A stretch of 64,000 bases of DNA, taken from positions 4,760 through 68,759 of the forward strand of contig DAINQQ010000001.1 of assembly GCA_036742645.1 (NCBI GenBank). The letters are read 5' to 3'. The notes beneath the pieces were generated by a model. The model did no database searches, had not been told where the DNA came from, and saw only the letters and a list, made by a program, of their open reading frames with translations. The DNA comes from Flavitalea sp. Its GTDB lineage: Bacteria > Bacteroidota > Bacteroidia > Chitinophagales > Chitinophagaceae. Both the position numbers and the translations under genes were made by a program. This document shows, piece after piece, positions 8,812-17,221 of the stretch; position 1 is the first letter of the stretch; each line of letters opens with the position of its first letter.

Positions 8812-11016
8812 ATGTTCGATTTTCCTGAAAAGGGCATTTATTTTACCCATATCGTAAATTCCCGCCTATCGTATACTATATTTTTGCCAGTTGTGCCTGT
8901 AAGGAAGATTCATATAGCATTGGTTGGTAATCCAAATAGCGGAAAAAGTTCCTTGTTTAATGTACTTACCGGTCTCAATCAGAAGGTTGGCAATTTTCCT
9001 GGCGTAACCGTCGATAAGAAAGTGGGCGAATGCCGGCTTTCCGACACGACAAACGCGAAAATTATTGATCTTCCGGGTACTTACAGTTTGTATCCGCGCC
9101 GCGAAGACGAATGGGTCTCTTACAAGGTGTTATTGCAGCAGGATAGAGAGGTTCAACCCGATATTGTTGTTCTGGTTGCCGACGCCAGTAACCTGAAAAG
9201 AAACCTGTTATTCGTATCGCAGATTATCGACCTAAAGATCCCTATGGTCGTAGCTTTAACAATGCTGGATATCGCCCGGCACAAGGATATCACCATCGAT
9301 GTAACTGAGCTGGAACGTGAATTGGGAGTTCCGGTTATCGCGATCAATCCCAGAAAGAATAAAGGGATCGCTCCTCTAAAAAAAGCAATCGAACATACTG
9401 CGCAGAATTTATACAAAACCCCGGTGCGTGATTTTATCAATAACAGGGCTTTCGCCACGAACGCCATCGGAGAGGTTAAAGAATTTTTCCCTGATTTTAG
9501 TGATTACAAAGCTATTCATTACCTGATCAATCATGAGCATTTCACTTTGACTGATCAAATGCAGGACAGCATCGAAAACATTGAAATAAAGAACACTGTT
9601 AATCATACAAAAATACAGGCAGAGGAAATTCTTCAGCGATACCAGCGAATAGGTGCGATCTTAAAACAATCAGTATCGGAGCCCTCTCCGTTGAAGAGGT
9701 CGATGTTTACTGAAAAACTCGATGATATCCTGTTACATCGAAAATGGGGTTACCTGATATTACTTGTTGTATTATTCCTTCTTTTTCAAAGTGTGTTCTG
9801 GATGGCGGAATACCCGATGATGTTTATCGAATGGAGTTTTGCCAAGGCAGGATCATGGTTCCATAATGTTTTGCCTGACAGCTGGTGGGCCGACCTTTTC
9901 GTAAATGGAATCCTCGCTGGACTAAGCGGCATTCTTGTGTTCATACCGCAGATCATGATACTCTTCGGTCTGATTACAATACTCGAAGACAGCGGGTATA
10001 TGGCTCGGATCAGTTTTCTTACGGACAAGCTGATGCGGAAAGTTGGACTCAACGGAAAAAGCGTCATGCCAATGATAAGTGGGTTTGCCTGCGCGGTCCC
10101 TGCCATTATGAGCGCAAGGAACATTGAAAATAAAAAGGAGCGTCTTCTTACGATTCTCATTACACCGCTGATGAGTTGTTCTGCAAGGTTGCCTGTATAC
10201 ACTATACTCATTGGACTTGTAATCCCTAAGAAGAGTCTGTTGGGCTTTATAGGGCTCCAGGGCCTTGTAATGATGGGTTTGTACCTGCTTGGATTGGTCA
10301 TGGCTCTTGTTGTATCGTATGTTGCCAAATGGTTCATCAATATAAAGGAGAAAAGTTTTTTCATTCTCGAATTGCCTGTTTACAGATCACCAAGATGGAA
10401 GAATGTCCTTGTCACTATGATCAGCAAGGCAAAAATATTTGTGTTTGATGCGGGAAAGGTCATTATGGTGATCAGTCTTATACTTTGGGCACTGAGTTTT
10501 TATGGGCCGAAAGAAAAAATGAATGCTGTTGCGAATAAATATGATTTGTTGATCCAACAAAATCCAACACAGGAAGGAGAACTTAATAAAAGAAAAAGTA
10601 CCGAGTTATTGCAGAATTCATATGCTGGTTTGTTAGGTAGCAGTATCGAACCTGTGATCCGACCGTTGGGTTACGATTGGAAAATCGGTATTGCGTTGAT
10701 AACCTCGTTTGCTGCCCGCGAAGTTTTTGTAGGTACGATGGCCACTCTCTACAGCGTTGGCGGCGAAGAAGATGAAAACAGTTTGTTGCTGCGCGAAAAA
10801 ATGCAGCAGGCAAGGCGCAGCGACGGAAGCAAAGTGTATACCCTGGCTACAGGTATCTCGCTGATGATATTTTATGTTTTCGCAATGCAATGCATGAGCA
10901 CTCTTGCGGTAGTTAAAAGAGAAACCAGGTCATGGAAATGGCCGATCATTCAACTTGTTTATATGACTGGCCTCGCATATTTGATGAGTTTTATAGTGTA
11001 TCAGTTGTTTCAGTAA
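8812..11016 (+). CDS. feoB: Ferrous iron transport protein B
   Basis: 734-aa ORF with a G-domain P-loop (GNPNSGKSSLFN) followed by the large polytopic FeoB membrane domain. The true start may be the in-frame TTG at 8884 or GTG at 8893, just before the G domain. Confidence 0.93.
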   Translation: MFDFPEKGIYFTHIVNSRLSYTIFLPVVPVRKIHIALVGNPNSGKSSLFNVLTGLNQKVGNFPGVTVDKKVGECRLSDTTNAKIIDLPGTYSLYPRREDEWVSYKVLLQQDREVQPDIVVLVADASNLKRNLLFVSQIIDLKIPMVVALTMLDIARHKDITIDVTELERELGVPVIAINPRKNKGIAPLKKAIEHTAQNLYKTPVRDFINNRAFATNAIGEVKEFFPDFSDYKAIHYLINHEHFTLTDQMQDSIENIEIKNTVNHTKIQAEEILQRYQRIGAILKQSVSEPSPLKRSMFTEKLDDILLHRKWGYLILLVVLFLLFQSVFWMAEYPMMFIEWSFAKAGSWFHNVLPDSWWADLFVNGILAGLSGILVFIPQIMILFGLITILEDSGYMARISFLTDKLMRKVGLNGKSVMPMISGFACAVPAIMSARNIENKKERLLTILITPLMSCSARLPVYTILIGLVIPKKSLLGFIGLQGLVMMGLYLLGLVMALVVSYVAKWFINIKEKSFFILELPVYRSPRWKNVLVTMISKAKIFVFDAGKVIMVISLILWALSFYGPKEKMNAVANKYDLLIQQNPTQEGELNKRKSTELLQNSYAGLLGSSIEPVIRPLGYDWKIGIALITSFAAREVFVGTMATLYSVGGEEDENSLLLREKMQQARRSDGSKVYTLATGISLMIFYVFAMQCMSTLAVVKRETRSWKWPIIQLVYMTGLAYLMSFIVYQLFQ

Positions 11017-11388
11017 TTTTTTAGTTTGACTATATTCCCTTGCCGGGATTTCTGTTCCATTCAAATCCCGTTAGAAGATTTGTGAGTAAAATGCATTTGC
11101 AATTCATGTCCACGTCGGCCCTCTTATTGTCATCCCGAAACCCAAGCAGGGATGCACATTCATAAACGCGACAACAATAACACGTTATATGTCAGGGCCT
11201 CTCAAATGCCTCATACCCTGGCATGACAGGGATGAGCGAGACCAGGTTGTTTCCTGCTCCAAGACCCAATTAGGGATTAATGTCTCCATTTTTTTATTTA
11301 ATCCGCTGTATCTCAATACTCGAATATCGAAGCTTCAAAACACAACATTCACTCCCTCAAAACCGTTTTATGATACGAAATTTTCCTT

Positions 11389-12129
11389 ATGAAAAAGACC
11401 CTGCTTTTTCCAATATTCTTACTTTGTTTTATTACGTCTTTTGGTCAATCCCCGTTGTATAGTTTCGCTGAAGAATTTTATTTCGTGAAAGAAATTTCAG
11501 TAAGCAGTTACAGGAGCAAACAATTCCGGTATGAGATTGCAGTACGATCAAATCCAGCCGATACTTTATCAAAGATCAGGATCCACGGCATTGCGGCCGG
11601 TAATGGGAAAGAAGATTTCATTAAAAGCAATTTTGTGTTGGAAACACGTGCTGAAGAAGACTGGACTGTTTATACAATTGTGGGAACGGTTCAGGAGAAT
11701 GCCCATCGTTTGTTGTTCTATTCTTCGGTAAATGGCAACGGCGATTTCTATTTTGATGATGTGAATTTTTATATTGAAAACTCTCCCGGCAGATGGAAAC
11801 AATTGGAGCTTTTCAATCCTTCCTTTGAAATCAGCAAGCCCGATATTTTCGCCGGCTACTATGTTAGCAAACGCCGATCCGAAGGATTAAGAGTGCATCT
11901 TTCTGAGTATGTTTTTAAAACCGGTCGCTCTTCACTAAATGTAAAAACATCTGGCAACATTCCTGTTTCAGGAATTGTTCAGGAGGTTATGAACCAAACG
12001 CCCCAAACTGAAGATGAGCTGAATTTTCACCAGGAATTTGTCGATATCGCGCCTTACCTGATGATACGTCGAACAAAAAAAGAGAGCTCTGAAACGAGCC
12101 CCCTTTTATCCAAATCCAAAACCAAATAA
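11389..12129 (+). CDS. Hypothetical secreted protein
   Basis: 246-aa ORF with an N-terminal signal peptide (MKKTLLFPIFLLCFITSFGQ). I recognise no family. Confidence 0.55.
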   Translation: MKKTLLFPIFLLCFITSFGQSPLYSFAEEFYFVKEISVSSYRSKQFRYEIAVRSNPADTLSKIRIHGIAAGNGKEDFIKSNFVLETRAEEDWTVYTIVGTVQENAHRLLFYSSVNGNGDFYFDDVNFYIENSPGRWKQLELFNPSFEISKPDIFAGYYVSKRRSEGLRVHLSEYVFKTGRSSLNVKTSGNIPVSGIVQEVMNQTPQTEDELNFHQEFVDIAPYLMIRRTKKESSETSPLLSKSKTK

Positions 12130-12148
12130 AAATAAACCGTCCGAGCTA

Positions 12149-13303
12149 TTAATTAGTTGCCTGTTGTATTCTTCTGCGAAGATCAGGATACATTTTTCGC
12201 ATAAGTGTATTCAAGACATCCCCACGAGATGGACTATTAAAATCATTCCGGTTGTTGATCATATACCAGTCGTCCTGGCTTAAAGCCCTCGAGTCGCCGG
12301 AATAAGTAGCGCGACTTTCAGTCCAACTTACATCATCCCTGAGCACGCCATAGTCAACATTATCCTTAGTTTGTACATCAACGATCCTGTAATCGAGATC
12401 TCCCCGTACGGTGTATGATCGCTGACTAACGTAGACCGTTGCATAAACCGTTTTATAAACCGGCTTGCCCGATGTATCGGATCCCACCTGTACATTCTTC
12501 GATGCCTGGCGATTGTATTGGTAAGGAGTGGAATGGATAGGATCAATATCTCTCCAGTTAACATCCACTACTAAATCCGCCTCGACCCGATCGCGATAAG
12601 CTTCCCTGTCTGTAAAAAATCTCACTGCGTTACTGTTACCATTTCTTCCTCCAAGATCACGCGCTAAAGATTGTTGAAAATCCTCCGCACGATAATTAAA
12701 ATCATTCCCCCAACGGTTCGCTCCTGAGAAAAAGAGATCGTTGTCATTGATAGGATTAATCACTACGTTGATTACACTACTTTCATAAGAATCTTTCATT
12801 AGTGTTTCGACATCACGATATCCTTTCACATATTTATCAGCCTTTTTAAATGCCTGGTATGCCTTGAGGCTATTTTCTCTACCTTCTTTTTGAAGCAGAG
12901 CATTGCCTTCGCTATAAAATTCAGCAGCCGCTTCTTCTTTCACATTCTGTAAATCCTGAAAATAATTTCTTGGTTTAACCAATGATGCTGTTCCGGGCGT
13001 ACTTGTGATACTTGTGTAAACGTTCTGCAATGCATTCAATTCATTGATGATCTTGTCCCATCTTCTTTCATCGTTGCTGTTCCTGTAAGCAGCGATCACG
13101 TTCTCATGACGATCAATTGAGACTTTGTAAAAGTCCTGAAGATCTTTTTGAGCCTTCCCATTCGCCGGCCTTTTATTCAACTCATTGATTGCAGCGAACA
13201 ATGGTTTGTCCTCGCTTACTGATGCGTGGAACTTCTGGGACGTACCACAGGAAACCAGGATAATTCCTGCCAGCAAAACGATTATAACATTCATCTTTTT
13301 CAT
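12149..13303 (-). CDS. Hypothetical lipoprotein
   Basis: 384-aa ORF with a signal peptide and lipobox (LLAGIILVSCG). I recognise no family. Confidence 0.6.
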   Translation of the reverse strand: MKKMNVIIVLLAGIILVSCGTSQKFHASVSEDKPLFAAINELNKRPANGKAQKDLQDFYKVSIDRHENVIAAYRNSNDERRWDKIINELNALQNVYTSITSTPGTASLVKPRNYFQDLQNVKEEAAAEFYSEGNALLQKEGRENSLKAYQAFKKADKYVKGYRDVETLMKDSYESSVINVVINPINDNDLFFSGANRWGNDFNYRAEDFQQSLARDLGGRNGNSNAVRFFTDREAYRDRVEADLVVDVNWRDIDPIHSTPYQYNRQASKNVQVGSDTSGKPVYKTVYATVYVSQRSYTVRGDLDYRIVDVQTKDNVDYGVLRDDVSWTESRATYSGDSRALSQDDWYMINNRNDFNSPSRGDVLNTLMRKMYPDLRRRIQQATN

Positions 13304-13430
13304 AAAAATTTGTTCTTAATAACCAATGTACGAACAACTGTTAGCGAATGATGTTATAGTATTCCTAAGATGGTTGCATAAACAACCTTTTAACAAATTG
13401 ACAACCTTTTGTATCGCCGATAGTGGGCAT

Positions 13431-13475
13431 AAAAAAACTGCCAAAAAAAGTTTATGAACATCTAATTTTTGGCAG
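13431..13475 (-). terminator. Intrinsic terminator candidate downstream of the 13515-14003 gene
   Basis: A 10-bp stem, CTGCCAAAAA (13438-13447) / TTTTTGGCAG (13466-13475), is followed on the minus strand by a U-run (plus-strand A-run 13431-13437). Confidence 0.55.
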
Positions 13476-13514
13476 TTAAGTAACAGTATTCCTGTGCCGA
13501 CCGTTTAAGTTTTA

Positions 13515-14003
13515 CTATCCTAATTGACGTTGTAAATCCTCGTGATCCCAGGTGATTTGAATATTATCAATCTTGTTCTCTTCGGTGAGGTGGAAAATGA
13601 AAATATGATCGCTGTCGAAATGTTTCCCTTTGCTAACGATGCCAGCAAAATCTTTCGCTTGTGTACCACGAATCACCACCTGGCAACGAATAGACTCACC
13701 ATCTTCTGCAATCGCAGCCTCGACAGTATTGTCAATATCAGGAAAGCTGTCAATTAATCCTGTCCATATTTGCTGTCCAAGTTCATGAATTTTTCCCTTG
13801 CCGCCCTCGCCGAGTGGAGTAAAAAAAACTTGGCCGTGCGGGTCGCAAAAACTCAACATTTTTTCGACATTTTTCTGCTGGTATGCAAACATGAACTCAA
13901 CACAGGCGTTCTTTAGACTTAACTCCTGTTGCTCTTTTACTAGTGTACTCATAAAATAATTTTTATTTAAAGCGAAGGTATCTCTGTAAGTCACCTGCAA
14001 CAT
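13515..14003 (-). CDS. SnoaL/NTF2-like (ester cyclase-like) protein
   Basis: 162-aa ORF. Its size and pattern fit the NTF2-like fold family. The more likely start is ATG at 13952 (MSTLVKEQQ...). Confidence 0.55.
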   Translation of the reverse strand: MLQVTYRDTFALNKNYFMSTLVKEQQELSLKNACVEFMFAYQQKNVEKMLSFCDPHGQVFFTPLGEGGKGKIHELGQQIWTGLIDSFPDIDNTVEAAIAEDGESIRCQVVIRGTQAKDFAGIVSKGKHFDSDHIFIFHLTEENKIDNIQITWDHEDLQRQLG

Positions 14004-14040
14004 TGTAAGAATGCGCCAACCTGTTGTAAAAATGCGGCAA

Positions 14041-14877
14041 CTATTTCAGAGCTTGTACTACAGGCTTTTCAACATAATTAGCCAGCTCGCTGTTTTCCTT
14101 TAGATATTGCTGGGGTGTTCGACCGGTAAATTCTTCAAAATCCTTGATGAAATGCGCCTGGTCGTAAAACTCGCACTCGTAAAAAACAGACGGCCAATCA
14201 ACCTTCTTTCGGCCTGCGATAAGATTGCATAAATATCCGATACGGCGAATCCGCGCATAATATTTCGGGCTAAGTCCTACCTTCTGAAAGAATTTTCTCT
14301 CAAAACTGCGCCTGCTCATGAAGCTATTTTTCAAAAGATCAGTTACCGGCAACATGCCGTTCTTCTCTACGATAAGGTTTGCCGCCTCGTCTATGTAGTC
14401 AGGATTTGGTTTTTGCAGCTGGTATTGCTTCATGATAAACTCCTCAAGCAACTTTACGCGTTGTTCTTCTCCTGTTGCCGAGGAAATCTCGTTCACATAG
14501 TGATCGACGATGTTCTTTTTAAAAACTTTATAAAGGTCAATTCTTTCCTCCGTGTACTCATAGATAGGGAGTTGGAAAATAGTTGCCAACGCAGCAGGCT
14601 TGAAAACAATTCCCGTAATACCAATCGTGCCATGCAGAAATAGTTTGTAACTATAGATACTTTGGCCCGATACGAACTGTTTAGGCACCTGCATTTTTTC
14701 GTACTTCTTATTTTGCAGGTAGTAGCTATCACCGTAGTTGAAGACGATAGAACAAAATCCGTTCGGGGGCGATTCGATAGTGATCCCTTCTTCCATGGGT
14801 CCTTCCGAATCCCAAATGAAGTAGCATTCGATAAAAGGGTTCAGCAATTCAGATGGCCGATACTTCCGGTAAATCAT
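14041..14877 (-). CDS. AraC family transcriptional regulator
   Basis: 278-aa ORF with a C-terminal double HTH (SRRSFERKFF..GLSPK.Y..I.R ... GFYDQAHFIKDFEEFTG.TP). Confidence 0.85.
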   Translation of the reverse strand: MIYRKYRPSELLNPFIECYFIWDSEGPMEEGITIESPPNGFCSIVFNYGDSYYLQNKKYEKMQVPKQFVSGQSIYSYKLFLHGTIGITGIVFKPAALATIFQLPIYEYTEERIDLYKVFKKNIVDHYVNEISSATGEEQRVKLLEEFIMKQYQLQKPNPDYIDEAANLIVEKNGMLPVTDLLKNSFMSRRSFERKFFQKVGLSPKYYARIRRIGYLCNLIAGRKKVDWPSVFYECEFYDQAHFIKDFEEFTGRTPQQYLKENSELANYVEKPVVQALK

Positions 14878-14969
14878 TGCGCAGGGCTTATCTACTAAAT
14901 TTCCTCAATTAAGCGGAGAACAGCAAAAGGATTTGTTGACGACTCCACAACGCCTCGAATCGTCCTCCC

Positions 14970-15074
14970 TGCGCCTCTGTGCCCACTGTGTTAAGATACC
15001 TTTGCAATTTTTGGAGCCTGATTGTTGGAAAGTTTTTTTACCACAGGGGACGCAGAGATAGTCATAGAGGCGCA
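14970..15074. repeat. REP-like inverted repeat inside a 417-bp ORF-free spacer
   Basis: TGCGCCTCT (14970-14978) is the reverse complement of AGAGGCGCA (15066-15074). A related CCACAGGGGACGCAGAG lies at 15041-15057. Confidence 0.5.
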
Positions 15075-15294
15075 TAGAGGATGGAATTGACTGGAATTAT
15101 GAATACAACCAGCGTCGAAATTATAGTTAACAGCATTGATTATCATCCCGAACACTGGGTTTCAGGTTTTTTTCGTTTATGTCATGCCGCGTACTAAGAA
15201 ATCCCCCAAGCTTTCCCGTATAAGCAATTGCAGGCACCAAGGCATCGGGCGATCTCTTCTTCGGTCGAGATGAAAATCAATGGGGGGTCGTAAC

Positions 15295-15909
15295 CTATGG
15301 GATCACCCGTAACCGTTGGAGCTCTTGTCTGAATTGTTGCGGAGATTGAAAGTGTATGGTTGTAAATCCTAATTCAGCAGCCGGCAAGAGGTTGCGAGCA
15401 TTATCGTCAGTATAAATAGCCGTTGTCGGATTAATTTGAAAGCGCTCTATCAGGAATTGATAGATTTCCTTAAATGGTTTTCTTGTCTTTTCTTCTCCCG
15501 ACACTATTCTTCCATCGAACCAATGTAAAAAATCATAACGTTTCAAGGCTATTGGGAATGTTTCGTGACTCCAGTTGGTGAGGGCATAGAGACGATAATT
15601 CGTATTGTATCGCAGATATCTGAGAATTTCGACGGTTTCAGGTATAGGTCCGCGTAACATTTCCTCCCATCGATCATAGTATGCACGGATATTTTTTTCA
15701 TGCTCCGGAAATTTCCTAACCAAATCTTCAGTGGCTTCCCGTATGCTTCTTCCCGCATCCTGACTTTCGTTCCAATCGGGTGTACAAATGTTTTCATAGA
15801 ACCATTTCATTTCTTCCTCCTTATTGAAGATAGTCTTATACACATAATCGGGATTCCAATCAATCAATACACCACCCAGGTCGAAAACAATCGTATTAAA
15901 CTTAGACAT
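15295..15909 (-). CDS. HAD family hydrolase
   Basis: 204-aa ORF with HAD motif I (IVFDLGGVLIDW) and a C-terminal DD motif (IYTDDNARNL). Confidence 0.85.
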   Translation of the reverse strand: MSKFNTIVFDLGGVLIDWNPDYVYKTIFNKEEEMKWFYENICTPDWNESQDAGRSIREATEDLVRKFPEHEKNIRAYYDRWEEMLRGPIPETVEILRYLRYNTNYRLYALTNWSHETFPIALKRYDFLHWFDGRIVSGEEKTRKPFKEIYQFLIERFQINPTTAIYTDDNARNLLPAAELGFTTIHFQSPQQFRQELQRLRVIP

Positions 15910-15932
15910 GAAAAATATTTGGCTCCAAATGT

Positions 15933-16328
15933 CTATATAGTTTTCAACAATTCTTTTACTTTTTCTTCTATAAAATCACGCACTTTGTTAAACTCTTGCG
16001 GCTCCATATGTTTGGGATCAGGTACTTCCCAGTCGATAACTTTTTTTGCCGGCATCCAGGGACAGGCATCGCCGCATCCCATCGTAATCACCGCGTCGAA
16101 AGGAGCATATTGTTCAATCTCCGTTAAAGATTTTGAATTGTGGGTGCTGAGATCATACCCCAACTCTTTCATAGCCGCAATTGCTTTTGAATTTACTATA
16201 CCACTGGGTTTACTACCGGCGCTATAGGCTTCTATCTCATCCGTGCCATGTATTTTGGCGAATGCCTGGCTCATCTGGCTCCTATTGCTATTCTCAACGC
16301 AAACAAAAAGAAGTCTCTTTTTTTTCAT
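15933..16328 (-). CDS. arsC: Arsenate reductase, LMW-PTP type
   Basis: 131-aa ORF with the CX5R(S) P-loop LFVCVENSNRSQMS and downstream Cys residues (GCGDAC), typical of thioredoxin-coupled ArsC. Confidence 0.85.
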   Translation of the reverse strand: MKKKRLLFVCVENSNRSQMSQAFAKIHGTDEIEAYSAGSKPSGIVNSKAIAAMKELGYDLSTHNSKSLTEIEQYAPFDAVITMGCGDACPWMPAKKVIDWEVPDPKHMEPQEFNKVRDFIEEKVKELLKTI

Positions 16329-16543
16329 ATTTTATGAAGCTCTTTCCTCATTACATTGCTGTGGATGGCACACAGTGCTAAATTCCAATGAAGATTTTAT
16401 TGTTGCAGGCACACCCTCTCGATTGACCACAAAAAACCTTTCTTCGAAAAATGATGTTTGGCGCTCGTTGTGATCACAAGAGAGAAGTACGCTTCGTTCA
16501 GCGGCATTGAACTCCTCGGTTTTGACTTAGCACGATCGACAGG

Positions 16544-16579
16544 TTATAAATAAAGCAGGAGAACTTAACGTTCTCCTGC
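16544..16579 (-). terminator. Intrinsic terminator immediately after the Cys-rich micro-ORF
   Basis: A perfect 10-bp stem, GCAGGAGAAC (16555-16564) / GTTCTCCTGC (16570-16579), has a 5-nt loop. It starts 7 nt after the micro-ORF stop and is followed on the minus strand by UUUAUUUAUAA. Confidence 0.7.
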
Positions 16580-16586
16580 CGGTTTG

Positions 16587-16679
16587 TTAGCAGCATCCCA
16601 TTTCGGTCATACCGCTGCAACAGTCGCTTCCGGGCATGCAACAGCCTGGATCGTTCTGCATTTGATTGTTGTCTTTCAT
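16587..16679 (-). CDS. Candidate 30-aa Cys/Met-rich micro-protein (three CC doublets)
   Basis: Manual translation gives MKDNNQMQNDPGCCMPGSDCCSGMTEMGCC*. It runs from ATG 16679 to TAA 16587-16589. It lies between arsR and arsC, has a dedicated terminator, and is too short for the ORF track. Confidence 0.5.
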   Translation of the reverse strand: MKDNNQMQNDPGCCMPGSDCCSGMTEMGCC

Positions 16680-16769
16680 GATTACACTATTTATAGTTAG
16701 GAAATCTTTTTTAAATAATTCGCGCAAAGAGCTACGCCGTACAGAATGACGCCATCTGTTGCGCGGGTT

Positions 16770-17105
16770 TTAACAACAGGCTTTTTCGTTTTGAACTTTT
16801 AACCTGTTGAAAAGATCATTAAATTCTTTATTGAACTTTTCGAACGCCTTCCAATTAATACAATAGCACGAACGCGGACCGTCGATGGCTCCCTCAATTA
16901 AACCGGCGTTCCTCAACTCCTTCAAATGCTGTGACACGGTTGATTGAGCCAGGGGTAACATTTCAACCAATTCGCCGCAAATGCATTCATTGCGCTGGGC
17001 CAGGAGTTTTAAAATGGCTATCCGCGCCGGATGGGAAAGCGCCTTTGCGAAGTCTGCCAACTCCTGGTCCTTAATCCCAAACTCCTCTTTTTTATGTATT
17101 GCCAT
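16770..17105 (-). CDS. arsR: ArsR/SmtB family metalloregulator
   Basis: 111-aa ORF with an HTH ([14 protein letters not shown]), an ECICGELV metal-site motif, and the recognition helix [15 protein letters not shown]. It ends in ACC. Confidence 0.9.
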   Translation of the reverse strand: MAIHKKEEFGIKDQELADFAKALSHPARIAILKLLAQRNECICGELVEMLPLAQSTVSQHLKELRNAGLIEGAIDGPRSCYCINWKAFEKFNKEFNDLFNRLKVQNEKACC

Positions 17106-17221
17106 TCGATGAATTTAGTGATAAAAAAAGACGAACACGTCGCCCCCAAGCCATTCTATATCGCAAATATACGATTAACAAGTCCGGACAACCAAAAGTT
17201 TTTTTTCATAGTTTGTTCTTT

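Noticed and set aside
15700-16227. Long antisense ORFs: 175 aa here, and also 17099-17623, 1905-2363, 34965-35447 and 25125-25568
   Set aside because: They lie antisense to strongly supported genes, some span gene boundaries, and they have no recognisable motifs. They are typical shadow ORFs.
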